In this document: positions 38,468 to 51,764 of the stretch, piece after piece
Numbering within the stretch: the stretch's first letter is position 1
How the letters are laid out: the number at the start of each line of letters is the position of its first letter
NCBI GenBank assembly: GCA_951406725.2
Contig: OX597814.1
Span: 79,236,001-79,300,000 of the forward strand
Direction: 5' to 3'
From: Octopus vulgaris
Lineage: Eukaryota
DNA length: 64,000 nt
Program-made: the position numbers and the translations under genes
The notes under the pieces: model-generated
Databases searched by the model: none
What the model was told of the DNA's origin: nothing
What the model saw: only the letters and a program-made list of their open reading frames with translations

Positions 38468-39394
38468 TTAGATTACCCGTGACCCAAGTCAACTCTTTTG
38501 AGGTAAGATACGTTGAATGCTCTTGAAAGAAACCTATGGAAAAAACTATTTCACACCGAGGTTACGAACGGGTCTTTTGCGAAATATTTACCGTATTTTT
38601 AAAGTTATTTTCACTTTAAAATATTTTGTCTATCATAATGTCTCTAATGGAAAGGTTAGGGTTTCTTCCTTTTCAGGGAGAAGTTATTTTCGGAGTATTT
38701 TCCCATTACGCACTGTTTTGGGTATTTATACCCCCAAACCCCGAATATCTCAATAACTACTGGCCCGATTTATGCAAAACTTGTTTTATTCCATTCGTAT
38801 TCACATTTCAGTGGAACTTTACTTTCAAAGTATTTTCCCATGATGTCCCAGTTTGGCTGTGTAGCATTGCAAGCAAGCAAGATTGAATTTCACTTTTAAT
38901 AGTATATTAGACTACCCGTGATCCGCTGGATCACCGGGGAAGTCTGAGTTTCCTAGCAACGGAGTTTTGTTTCGTGGGTTTTTTTCTTTTCCAGGTTATT
39001 TTGCATCCTTTCAAGAAATGTGACATCGAAATCACGTGTAAACGGCTCCTTCCCTCAGAAAAGGAAAGATTTAGCTACTATTTCTTGCTCGCCCTGCTAC
39101 CACGTAACAGGTATTTCGGATCCTTTATCGCAAATAGTAGGGCGAGCTAGAAATAGCAGCCAAATCTTTGGAGGTGAGATACGTTGAATAGACTCGAAAA
39201 AACCTATGGAAAAAATTATTTAACACCGAAGTTATGATGGGGTCTTTTACGAAATATTTACCGCATTTTTAAAGTCATCTTCACTTTAAAATATTTTTTA
39301 AATATGCCAAAAAATATTTTCCCATTATGCGCCAGTTTGGCTGTGTAACATTGCAAGCAAGCAAGATGAACTTGACTTTTATTAGTATATAGAT
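38468..39394 (-). mobile_element. Head-to-tail dimer of a non-autonomous Helitron-like element
   Basis: Units 38468-38906 and 38907-39394 both begin ttaga(t/c)tacccgtga and end gcaagcaagcaagat...tttta(a/t)tagtatat. Hairpin ccgtgatcc/ggatcaccgg at 38916-38937. Minus-strand 5' end atctatatactaataaa. Confidence 0.75.
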
Positions 39395-41171
39395 TTAACA
39401 AGAATCAAAACCATGCTGCGTATTTTATCTGCAGATATTACCTAAATGGGTACCATGACAATGAAGTATCCGAGAGCTGTAAACAAGGAGACGTTATAGA
39501 CAAACACGCTGAGCCATAATTCTTGCACTCGTTCGTTTTGTGATGTGGTTTTTCTCAGTGTTGTATCATAACGTCGCTTCTCTAAGTTTTCCGTTTTTGT
39601 TTATCGCTGCGACTGAAATTAAAGCTCAAATCTGAAGCTTCACATCATTTCAAGATTTTCTTTCAGTTGCCATTAGCCAATTCGTTCAAAACTATTTATA
39701 GTATTTATTCCTATTGCTTATGTCGTAGCACATAGGACCTTGCAGCAGAGGTACTTAAGAGAAGACAAATACTTGTGTCAAAGTGCAGCTAGTAAAAGAA
39801 ATATCTTTTAAAGTACTTTCAGTTATAAACGGAATAATTACTTACAATGAGTGATTTATGTGTAGTTTTCGACTCTGAAGATGAAAATAATAGTTCAAAA
39901 TATTGGTTTAAAATTTTGCACAAGATCAGCAATTTCGAGGGAGAAGGTAAATCAATTACATTGACCCCAGTGCTCAAGTGCTACTTATTTTATCGACCAC
40001 CCTACCAAGGATGGAAGTCGTCCATGGCGGAATTTGAAGTCAGAACGTAAGTCGCCTTATTAGTCCAAAATATTACTCTTACTGACTGCAACCCATCTCA
40101 ATTCTTTGGACATTTGATAATTCAAGGTGTAGACATCACGAAAGAAAATGATGAGATGCTGATTATTGAAAAATATTAACCTTCTTTGGTTGGCCAACAG
40201 TGGCATTTTATTCTAGTATAAACAAATTAAGAATGCTGTATCATTCAGACATAATTCCTGACAAAAGTAGAACAGAATTTATTTGAAAAAGAATTGAAAC
40301 CACCTTATAGTTATTCTCTGAGATTACCTTTTTAGAGCAGGGCAAAGAAGGACTAAGAGCGGGATATTTATTTACTTTTTATTATTTTATTAATATTTTA
40401 TTAATTTTTTTCTTTCATTCTTTCTTTATTCATTATCGAGTATTTTACAGTTGTTTCATTGCGATAACCGTAGAGCAATGTAGCTATGCGGTGCAATACT
40501 TATCAACTGACTACCTTTGAAAAGCGTTATGGAAGACATATTGGCTAATGTAGTCTCTGATATACATAAAAGCCGGGATAGTCACGACTGGAACTTCGAC
40601 CACATGACAGTACTATCAAGTTTGATCTGGAGCTAAACAAGAACAAAATAATATGGTAGGAAATAGGCTAAGAAAGCCGCTACGTAGTCTCTTAAACCCC
40701 TAGAAAAACAGCCAAATCTTCCCCAAATCACATTATACAGGCTTAAAAAGAAATGGAGGTCACATTGGATAATACAGTCTTATCAGAAAGCGGGATTACC
40801 ATGGCTGGACTGTCCTTCGCTTTAAGTTTGATCAATTTCGATTGATGTGAGGTTGAAGAAAAATAGCAACTTCTATTAGGAGAACCAATACTCTCAAAGT
40901 CTTCTCTTTATAATTTCCATGTATGTAAGGATGATATACAGACTGAGTTTCGTGATAATCAATATTTAAAAATCTTAATGATGATCGAGGATTTATTAAT
41001 CCTTTTATGTGTAAAGTAATATCTGTGATTATCTGAAAAAAAAATTAAAAAATTAAAATGTGAAGTGATAACAGAAAATAAAAAAAATGATAACATTTAC
41101 AAGGATTTCCACGATACCCTGTTTTGTATATTCATTTCAATCTGGTTAATTTTCGGTCCATTGTAAATCAT

Positions 41172-41440
<269 letters not shown>

Positions 41441-41753
41441 TTTTTTTTTTTGTAATTTTTTTTAATTAACTGCTTTATCGATCAGCTACCTCAACTAATC
41501 AATTTCTGCAACAACAGCAAAAGAAAAAAAATAATGCATCAGAAGTTATATATACACACACACGCACACACATACTTGTACGAACGTACATTATATATAT
41601 ATATATACACACATATATAGAGGATGTCCATAATATCTCTTTACAATATAAAGTTTAAAAGTATAGAAATTGTAAACATAATCTATGGACACATACATAT
41701 GTATGTGTAAATATATATAACTACATATAGACATGTGTACATATATATGTACA

Positions 41754-41966
<213 letters not shown>

Positions 41967-42304
41967 AAAATTAGAAGCAAGTGAGTTTGTACACATTCAT
42001 TTTTAGCCACTATGTGAAAGTATTTCTCACAACCTTGCATTAAGTAATTAAATATGTCTTCAGAAGCATTCATTATTTTTAAAAGATTAAAAAAAAAATA
42101 ATGATCATAATCCATGAAGCTGTCGAGGTATAAATTAATTGTATTTCGAATGTAATGAAGGATTCCATATATAACATAACATCTTACAACTTTGAGGTTA
42201 ATAAAATGAAGAACCAATCAAGTACTGAGGTTTCCATCTATGATGATGGTAGTCTCTGTAGTACGAAAAATACGATTATGCAATTTTTGCTGAAGAACTT
42301 ACAC

Positions 42305-42546
42305 AGGTGAGTTGTTGATAGTAATCAAATGTTTGTGCTGTACATTAGCGCACTCCTTCCATCAAATCGACGTTTCTCGAACAGGTGCACATTATACCAC
42401 GCAGCAGGTATCGAAAGTGATCGTAGAGCAACGCGAGATGAAGTGTTTTGCTCAAGAACACAACGCACCATCCGGTCAAAGAATTGAAACCATGAACACG
42501 CGATTGTGAGTGCAACACCCTAACCACCAGGCCATGCGCCTTCACT
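42305..42546 (-). mobile_element. tRNA-derived SINE (family D-like head)
   Basis: Reverse complement reads gtgaaggcgcatggcctggtggttaggg...ggtttcaattc...tgtgttcttgagcaaaacactt. Confidence 0.8.
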
Positions 42547-42764
42547 GAGGTTTCTATAATTTACTGCCGTTCTTCCTACATTTGTGATCTTGTGTGTATG
42601 TTGCAATACGTTTTTTTTAAAAGAAATTATTAGTGAGTGTTGATTGATAGGATCGACAGCGCTGGAGGAAGTGCCTCCTGCGTTTTTGTGTTCAAAGCCA
42701 TACCGAGGTTAACTTTTTCATCTTGCAGAGAAGTGGACCAATAGAATAAGCCACCAGTGAGATA

Positions 42765-43067
42765 AAACGATAAACGTCACCCTTTTCAAGCTTAGCCAGG
42801 CTCATGGGCCCGGTTTCCTAGTTTCTGTGTTCCCTCTAGCTGGAGAGACGCCAGTCCATCGCAGCGCTACTTGAGAAACAGGAAGAGAGAGTGAGAGAAA
42901 GTTGTGGCGAAAAAGTACAACAGGGGTCGCCCCCCACCCTGCCGGAGCCTCGTGGAGCTTTAAGGTGTTTTCGCTCAATAAACACACACAACGCCCGGTC
43001 TGGGAATCGAAACCGCGATCCTCCGACCGCGAGTCCGCTGCCCTAACCACTGGGCCATTGCGTCTCT
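42765..43067 (-). mobile_element. Young tRNA-derived SINE with V-domain-like core, inserted in an old family B copy
   Basis: Head tggcccagtggttagggcagcggactcgcggtcg...ggtttcgattccc, core ctgcgatggactggcgtc. Perfect 12-bp TSD accagtgagata at 42753-42764 and 43068-43079. Confidence 0.9.
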
Positions 43068-44063
43068 ACCAGTGAGATACGAGGGTTGATTTAATATTAC
43101 TATATTTTAAATAAAAGGTAAATGAAGGGGTAAACAATAAAAAAGTAATCTTAAAAGAGAAGTTATGTGAGTCAATGTTGAATACTTTAAGCCTTAAGGA
43201 TACGTAATTAGATCTTTTCATTAGAAAGTTATTTCTTCGAAAATAAATTGAAATCCCCTAAGAATGACAAACTGGAAGTATTTTGATGAACGATTTTACT
43301 TGTTTATAGCTGTAATTTGTTTCTTTACTTTCTTAATTTTATATTCTACTTTTCATTTTAAATTTCACCCAAGCTCTCGCTTTTCCCCACATTTTTTTAA
43401 TCTATTACTACAAACTACTATTACTAAAATTCTTTTATTGACCACACGGACTCTTACATACAAATTAAACGTTGTACATTGTGGTAATAAAGTTTGCGAT
43501 GATGCATGAAGAAACGGGTATTTTTAGCATATGAATATAAACAAATTACAGAAGACTCCCACCAACTGAAATAAAAACGATTGAAATCAACTAAGTTTGC
43601 TCATTCATAAAACCATTACATGTAAACAGCAAGCTAATTGATTGAAATAAAGGTGGGATCTATGCCAGTAATATCGGTACGTCCGGCAAAACGTGACAAA
43701 TAAGCTGCATGCGAATTGGTCAAAACTGTATTCCCAAAATTCAGCCTGTTGGAGTCTTCTTAGAAATATAAAAAGGAAGAAGTCGGTTATTTTACTACAG
43801 TTGTCAAGAACTCGTCTGTCAGTTAAATATATTTTGAAATCTGATGATTACTACGAACGTATGAAAGCGCTAATTGAACTTTATGAACATTACAAAATTG
43901 TTTTTAATGTTTAACACACTTCAATATTGTAAAAAGATAAGGTTTTTTTAAAATATAATAAAAAACGTGAAAATCAGACTATGTTTTAACTTTATTCAAC
44001 TGATTCATACACACAAACACACACACATATATATACATAAACATGTGTATATATGCGTGCAGA

Positions 44064-44121
<58 letters not shown>

Positions 44122-44670
44122 AAAAGAAATATAACATTCATTTCCTGATTGTAATTAAACTTTAAAGATGCTGATAACCTCGGTAATACAAAACTAGAGC
44201 CTTTTAACATATTAAGCGACCGCGTTGAAGAGGCTCAATATGTTGAAAATAGCAGTCAAAACTCTTGCTTAGAACAAGGTGGGCCGACAATGCGGTCTTA
44301 AATTTATAACGGTGATGACTTTTTGTAGATACTATTATTCTGAATTAAACGGGGAACAGATCCTATATCGAGTGTCTCCCCTCCAGGATATTGTTGGGGG
44401 TAGATTCTGGAGTTGCGTAGAACGTTATTGGGGATCAAATAATCTTCGAGGAGGTTAGATCCTGGTTCTTAAAATATTGCTCTTCTCACTTTTGAGTACT
44501 TGTCAGCAGCATTTGCTTTTGCTGGTGTTATCCGGTTGATACGTGAGTGATACTATTGCAACCCTCAAAGCCTATCTGATTAATCTGAAATCTTTCTACC
44601 CCGGAGATCGAGCCTATCAGTATCACTACTTCTGTGGAAGTTTACAGCTGATAAAATATCTAACATGTTT

Positions 44671-44872
44671 AAGGCGGCGAGCTGGCAGAATCGTTAGCGC
44701 GCCGGACAAAATGCATAGCGGAATTTCGCCCGTCTTTACATTCAGAGTTCAAACTACGCCGATGTCGACTATGTCTTTCATCCTTTCGGGGTTGATAAAA
44801 TAAGTACCAGTTGAGCATTAGCTTCGATGTAATCCACCGAATTTACTGGCCTTGTGCCAAAATTTGAAACCA
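44671..44872 (+). mobile_element. SINE family B
   Basis: aaggcggcgagctggcagaatcgttagc...ggccttgtgccaaaatttgaaacca. Confidence 0.92.
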
Positions 44873-44935
44873 ATATCTAACGTGTTCCGTATTAATAGTG
44901 TGGATATTCTCTATAGATTAATAAATTACCCTAAA

Positions 44936-45630
44936 TCCTTTAATATAACGACAGCTGCGTCCGTCCGTCTGTCCGAAGCCATCAGTAATTTGATAGAGGA
45001 AAAGAGAAGGTGAATGAAATAGAGAGTGACAGAAAGAAAGAATGAAAGAAAGAGATATTGAGGAAGAGCGTCAGTCCGTCACAACATATCAATAAGGAAG
45101 GGTGATAAAGAGAGAGAGAAAAAACAATAGTTGAGTTAGAGAGAGAGAAAAATCAATGGTAGAGCTAGAGAGAGAGAGAGGGAGGTAGAGAAGTAGATTT
45201 GAGAAGGGGAGGAGAGAAAGAAAGAGAGACAGAGAGACACACAAAGAGAGAGAGGGAGAACATGCGTATGTAAAAGGAATGTATGTGATAGTTTGTGTGT
45301 GCGTATGTACTATGGAAGTGTAAGAGAATACTGAACTCTGATGAGTGTGAGTGTGCATGCAAAAGGGAAGTATATGAATGTTTGTATGTATGAAATAGCG
45401 CCTGACGTTAAAATGAAACTGATTTTTTCCCCTTCTTTCGAAATTTTATTTTATATCATAAATTGTAACTGAAACATAATCCATTGTTTTGAATGAAATA
45501 TTTGCTTTGATAATGATAAAGGAGAAAATATCATACATAGAAGAAAGAAAAAAAAAACCATAATATTTCTTTTCTTCCTTTAAGTTTGTTTTAAGTTCTT
45601 GCCGAGTGTCTTCCCGGCACCTACAGCAAC
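44936..45630 (+). mobile_element. Non-autonomous Helitron sharing its 5' end with the adjacent large Helitron
   Basis: A|TCctttaatataacgacagc...tgtccgaagccatcagtaatt is repeated at 45676. Hairpin gccgagtgtcttcccggc at 45601-45618 with a decayed terminal motif. Confidence 0.7.
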
Positions 45631-45792
45631 TAAACTCATTGTGTACATTGATAAGTCATACACCCAATTGTTCAATCCTTACAATAATGACAGCCATGTA
45701 GCCCGTTTTGTTCCGTTTGTCCGAAGCCTTCAGTAATTAGTTAGAGGAAAAGAGGTGAATTAAATAGAGAGTGAAAGAAAGAAAGAGATATT

Positions 45793-45853
<61 letters not shown>

Positions 45854-48800
45854 GAAGAAAGACAGATAGAAAGACAAGCTGTTGTAGATTGTTAAGCTGC
45901 TGGTGTTAGGGAAAATAGAAAATGAATTAAATAGAGAGAGAAAGTGAAATAAAGAAAGGAATAGCTCTGTCCACGTATCTCTCTCTGCCTCATGCTGCCA
46001 TGTGATCTCTGAATTCTTTTTCCTATCATGCTTGCCAATACAAAACGTCTAAAACATCTTTTACTCTAACGCTTCATGAAACTAGCGATTGAAAACTGTG
46101 TTTCCAGGAGTTGGTGTAATTCTTAATATTTACCGTTACATGTGGATACAGTTTCAATAGTTCTGTCAACGTATTCGTTATACTTTTTAATGTTCTTCTT
46201 TCATTCATTCCTATTTGTGAGTCTCAGATAAAAACAACATGTATGTGTGTGTGCGCGCGCGTGTGTAAGTATGTATGTGAATGTTTGTGAGAAAGTTTGG
46301 TCATTTTAATACCTCACGCTGTGTAAATAAGATACCAATATTGTCATCATAATACAATCGCCTGTCTATTATGTTTTTATTTTCATACTATTCTATTTAA
46401 TTAATAAATATTTAATTAAAATTGGTCCATGGAAGAGGAACGGTTCAATTATAGAAGAACTGCAAAAAATTCGAGACTGCAATTACGAAGATTGAGGCAA
46501 ACCGAAGAACAGAAGGAAGAGCAACATAAAGGGAACACAGAAAGACGGCGTCCGCTCCGTTTATCGCAGTCACAGGAGCGAAAAAGCAAATTTTAGAACA
46601 AGATGCTGCTCAGCATAGCAATGCAAGACAACAACTGTCACAAGAGCGTGAACAGATTTTAGAACAAAATGCAGCGTAACACAGAAGACGTTGGCAAATC
46701 AATTATAGGCTGACTCTTAATATAGCTCGACAATATGATATAGACGGACTTCTACAAGTTCCCGTTGACGTTGCTCGCCATAGTTGCGACCTCATGGAAG
46801 TGCGTTGCCACCACTGCAATGCTTTGATGTTTATGGGAGAGCGTACGGGAGGAACAATGAACAATCCCAGTTTTGGTACATGTTGTAAATCAGGAATGAT
46901 AAAAATTGAAAATATCCCTGAGTTACCGAATGAACTTGCTGATCTCTTTCTTTCTAATACTCCCGAAGCAAATTGTTTCAAACGTAATATTCGAAGGTTC
47001 AACAGCGTAATGGCAATGTGTTCTATGAAAGTAGATGACGCTTCAGTACTGAGAGGAACTACAAATTACAGAATACATGGAATTCTTTATAGATTTATTG
47101 GAGATCCTAGAAACCAAATAGGAACAGTCCCGTCTAGCTTAGAAACGTATTTCTATGATCATGAAGAACAAATAAGACGAACAGAAAGAATGCCTCTTAA
47201 CAATACAAACTAAGCCTTTGATGTAAACATATTTCGAAAAATTCATTCTGCTATGATATCTGCTGAAAATACTTACTTGCAATCTTTCTATCCGTGCAGG
47301 AGCAAATTGACGCTGGAAATATTCCTACTGATGTGTCAGTTGGCTTATATACAGATAAAAAACACCTCATTGGGAACACTCCAGGAGATATAATCTACCA
47401 ACTTCTAATCAGCTTACTATTCTTATACCAAATAATCTTGATGAGGAAGCGAACTGCTCAGAACGAATGGTCGCAACAAAATTCAGAGCAGAGAATAACA
47501 AAAAATCTTTACGAATATCAAATGACTCGCATCGGTCATACGACCCAATGATGTACCCGTGTTTTTTTTAACTTCTGGCTTAGATGGGTGCCACCTTGGA
47601 TTAATGAATGAAAATGGCAACCGTCAAATTTCAATCGTTCAATTTTATTATCGCATCATGAAAAGAACATGATCTACAAATATATTGCAATTAGGTCAGT
47701 GTTTGTTTCAGCAATACTGTGCAGATCAACTTGCCAAAGTACAGTCCTCCCGTCTACGATATGTTCGTAACAATCAAGCAACCTTAAGAGCTGTTTTATA
47801 TAATGGTTTACAAGATGCTATACTTGCAGGTGATACTGATCGTACAGGTCGTAGATATATATTGCCAAGTTCATTTACAGGAAGTCCGCGATATATGGCA
47901 AAACACTACCACGATGCAATGGCCATAGTTAGAAAGTTTGGCAAATCTACTTTATTTTTAACTTTTACATGCAACCCCAAATAGCATGAAATAGTTAACG
48001 AGATTTCTGTGGGCCAGACGGCGGTTGACTGACCAGATATCACTGCAAGAGTATTTCAATTAAAGCAACAACAACTATTTCACGATATCAAATCAGGAGC
48101 TCTTGTGAACACAGTGGAATTTCAAAAAAGAGGATTACCTCATTGCCATTTCTTATTCATAATACAAAATCATCACAACGCATGGCAAGAAATTGATAAA
48201 ATTGTCACAGCTGAACTTCCTAATCCCGAAAACCCATTAACGCCACTTCTTTATTCCTTGGTGAAGAAACACATGATACATGGACCCTGCGGAAAAGATA
48301 ATTTAAATTCTCCCTGCATGGTGAATGGTGTTTGCAGTAAAAGATATCCAAAAGATTAAATATCACAAACCTTAATTGGAAATGATTCTTATCTACAATA
48401 TCGTCGCCAAAACCCTCGAGATTGGTGGCTTCGCGGCTTCAATACGTACTGGAAATAGAGAAATTGCTGTTGATAGCCGTTATGTAGTTCCTTATAATGC
48501 TTGGTTGTCGGAGAAGTACGAGGCGCATATTAATCTTGAATAGTGTGCATCTATTAAGGCTGTGAAATATCTTTACAAGTACATTTTCAAAGGTATTGAC
48601 CATGCAACAATTTCTTTACACAGACAAAAAGATAGCGTGCGTCTTAATGTTGGCAATGAAAATCAAATGGATGAAATTTAGAATTACGAAAATTGCCGCT
48701 ATACTGGAGCGTCGGAGGCTTGCTGGAAATTATTTGAGCTTCCAATTCATCAAAGGCAGCCTGCTATTGAATGCTTGCCGAATTACTTGCCAGATCAACA

Positions 48801-48997
48801 GATGATTGTGTTTAATCCGAATCATGCACAAGAAGCTTTAGCAAAAAATAGATCGACTAAATTGACACCATATTTCAAGATGAATGAAGGAGATACCCTA
48901 GCAAAAGATACCCTCTATTGTGACTTTCCACAACATTATACTTGGTACATTATTTGCATTATTTACATTTGACGGATACTTGTCCTCGTTTGTTGTT

Positions 48998-49043
48998 AAC
49001 ACAATGTTTCCGCTGATATACTCTGCAGCCTTCATCAGGTGCC
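48998..49043 (-). ncRNA. Minimal hammerhead motif in the inverted repeat
   Basis: Reverse complement reads ggcac-CTGATGA-a-ggctg cagagtatat cagcg-GAAA-catt-gtgtt. Confidence 0.65.
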
Positions 49044-49184
49044 TTGGGTTATATGGCGTAGTGGTTAAGAGTGCAGGCTACTAACCCCAAGATTGCGAGT
49101 TCGATTCCAGGCAGTGACCTAAATAATAATAACAGCATCGAAAAATATCTTGGGAATGAGAACCCAGTTTCGAAATTTCCCCAA

Positions 49185-49230
49185 GACACCTGATGAAGGC
49201 TGGAAGGTATATCAACCGAAACGTTGTTTT
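49185..49230 (+). ncRNA. Minimal type I hammerhead ribozyme motif
   Basis: gacac-CTGATGA-a-ggctg gaaggtatat caacc-GAAA-cgtt-gtttt. Catalytic boxes intact, one mismatch each in stems I and II. Confidence 0.75.
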
Positions 49231-51548
49231 AACAACAAACAAGATGAGGACAAATATCCGTCAAATGTAAATAATGTAAATAATGTTACATAATTCCTCA
49301 TCTCTTAAATATAGAACTGTATTACTTGATATAACAATAATAAAAGTTGGGGGAGAAGAGTTAGACAAAGTGACGATGTTCCAGAAGCTCTTCGTAGAGT
49401 GTACGCAGTACATCCATCGCAAGGGGAGCTATTTTATCTTAGACTATTACTTCAATATAAAGCGGGAGGGACGAGCTTTGAAAATTTAATCACAATTAAC
49501 AGTGTTTCCGAAAATTTTAAGCAAGCATGTCAAATGATGAATCTATTAGAAGGATCAAGAATGGGAACTTTGTCTAAACGAGGCAAGAACAATATGTTCA
49601 GCGAATGATTTACGAAACTTGTTTGTCAGTATTCTTCAGTTTTGCTCTCCATCCAGACCACTAGAATTATAGAACATGTTTCGCGAAGATCTTTGCCAAG
49701 ATTACTTCCATCAAATGAGACAACACAATTTTTCCCACGAAGCAGCTTTGGATATTGCCCTAAATGATATGCTGTATGAATTGGATCATTGCATGGGTCA
49801 GCATGACCGTAGTAAATATTTTTTGGATTGCCTGCTGCTATTGGTGATTTCCGAATGAGTAATGCTCTACTTCATGAAGATGAGATAGATCCATATGCAG
49901 AAGAATTTTTCAATGCTAACATCCATATATTAAATAATGACCAGAGAATCATTTTTCAACTGAAAATTGATAGAAATGAAGGTGGTTTGATATTTATTGA
50001 TGCACCCGGGGGTACTGGCAAAACTTTTCTTCTTAATGTATTACTGTCTTATGTGCGCAAAAACAACCAGCTAGCTATTGCGACAGCGTCATCAGGCATT
50101 GCTGCGACACTATAGAAGCTAGGTCGCACTGCTTACTCTCGATTCAAGCTCCTCATACCAATAAACTAATTTAACATGCAAAATATCTCCTCTTGATGTC
50201 ACTGGCCGTTTGTTCCATGATGCACGCTTGATTGTTTGGGACGAGGCAACCATGTGCCATTGTTATCTATTTGAAGCGCTGAATCGAACACTGAAGTATG
50301 TAATGAACAACGACTTGATCTTCGGCAGCAAATTGGCAATTTTAGGTGGTGGTTTCCGTCAAATTCTTCCAGTGGTTCGAAGAGCACAAAGGTATTCTCT
50401 AATCTGTAATTTGGCACGAATGCAAAACACTCTCAGCAATAAGGATACCACCTCTCAAGCTCGACTGGTATATCATTCTGTTTTGTTATTGCAAGTTGGT
50501 TGGCGGAAGAATCCCCAATGTTCAAAGACAATTATATGATGACGTAATAGAGATTCCTCAGTAATTTCAAGTCAACAGCAAGGAGGATTTGATCAACTAT
50601 GTCTATGAAGATTTAGAAGTAAATTTTAACAATGCCCAATGGTTATCATCACGAATAATATTAACAACAAAGAATGTAGAAGTTGACAATCTAAAAACCA
50701 CATAATCCAGAAATTTCCAGTTGAGACATATACTCTGAGTAATATTGATTCCGTTGCAGAAGATCAATAATCTGCACTCTATCCTCCTGAATTTCTGAAT
50801 TCTCTTAATATATATGGCATGCCACCTCACATTATCAAATTAAAAACGGGTGTTCCTATAATGTTGCTAAGAAACTTAGATCAGAGAAATGGGCACTGCA
50901 ATGGCGCACATTATAGAGTGTTATCGGTGTCAGATATGATGATCACTGTAAGTAAAATAACTGGTGTTGACGCAGGACGCACACTTTTGATTCCCCGCAT
51001 TATTCTGCAACCATCTGATACCGATTTGCTCTTTACTTTGAAAAGATACCAATTTCCAGTGAGACCTGCTTTTGCGATGTCTATAAACAAAAGTCAAGGT
51101 CAAAGCCTTTCTAAGTGCGGCAACTACATGCCTGCGCCCGTATTTACTCATGGCCAGTTACATGTCGCTCCAGGTAACTGGCTATGGATCCAGTGAATCT
51201 TAAAATATTTGCTGATCAAAAAGAATTTACCAGATCAGGTAAAAGTAGACGTCATAATGAAAATGTAAGAAGACTTACGCGTAATGTTGTCTACATGGAA
51301 ATAGTGTAAATATTGATATACTGCCTATGTAAAAAGTACAGATTTACTTAATATTTTCTTTGTTATTTTATTACTGATTTTGTAAAGTATTTGCATAAAT
51401 AAGAATATGTAAATATATTATCAAATTATATCTTTTGTGTATTTCTCACACAGATGAATTAAATCGAAATATTATTCTTAACATAGCATAGTTTTTTCCT
51501 TATTGACGGGTCATGTACTAGTGTTGATAATATTAGTGGTGCTGGCAG

Positions 51549-51764
51549 AAGGTGGCGAGCTGGTAGAATCCTTTGCATGCCGAGTAAAAAGCTTAGCAGC
51601 ATTTCGTTCGTCTTTACGTTCTAAGTTCAAATCCCGCCGAGATCGACTTTGCCTTTCCATCCTTTCGGGGTCGATAAAATAAGTACCAGTTGAACACTGG
51701 AATCGATGTAATCGGTTGAACGCTGCCTTTTGAATTGCTGGCCTTGTGTCAAAATTTGAAACCA
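51549..51764 (+). mobile_element. SINE family B
   Basis: aaggtggcgagctggtagaatc...cctttcggggtcgataaaataagtaccag...aaaatttgaaacca. Confidence 0.92.

Larger units (their letters stand above)
48946..49322 (+). mobile_element. tRNA-headed, hammerhead-bearing short element (copy 2) with inverted 5' repeat, inserted in RepHel
   Basis: 48946-49048 is the reverse complement of about 49180-49288. tRNA-like head from 49046 (tggcgtagtggtt, gagttcgattcc). The Helitron frame ...PQHYTW resumes as ..NNNKSWGRR. tacttg occurs on both flanks. Confidence 0.9.
46429..51309 (+). pseudogene. Helitron Rep/Pif1 helicase (RepHel) pseudogene
   Basis: Zn motif CHHCNA...CCKSG. Rep motifs LFLTFTCNPK, VEFQKRGLPHCHFL (HUH) and KYLYKYIFKG. 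Pif1 motifs [55 protein letters not shown] and FTHGQL. Many stops and frameshifts, plus an insertion at 48946. Confidence 0.95.
45676..51521 (+). mobile_element. Helitron (formerly autonomous, near full length)
   Basis: A|TC 5' end, RepHel coding region, and 3' end ...tgacgggtcatgtaCTAG|T at 51518-51522. Confidence 0.92.

Noticed and set aside
49046-49115. tRNA gene
   Set aside because: A and B boxes are present but there is no complete acceptor stem or cloverleaf. It is the head of a dispersed element; the same holds for the other SINE heads.
49828-51196. Host Pif1 helicase gene
   Set aside because: Intronless, broken by stops, preceded by Helitron Rep motifs and bounded by TC/CTAG ends.
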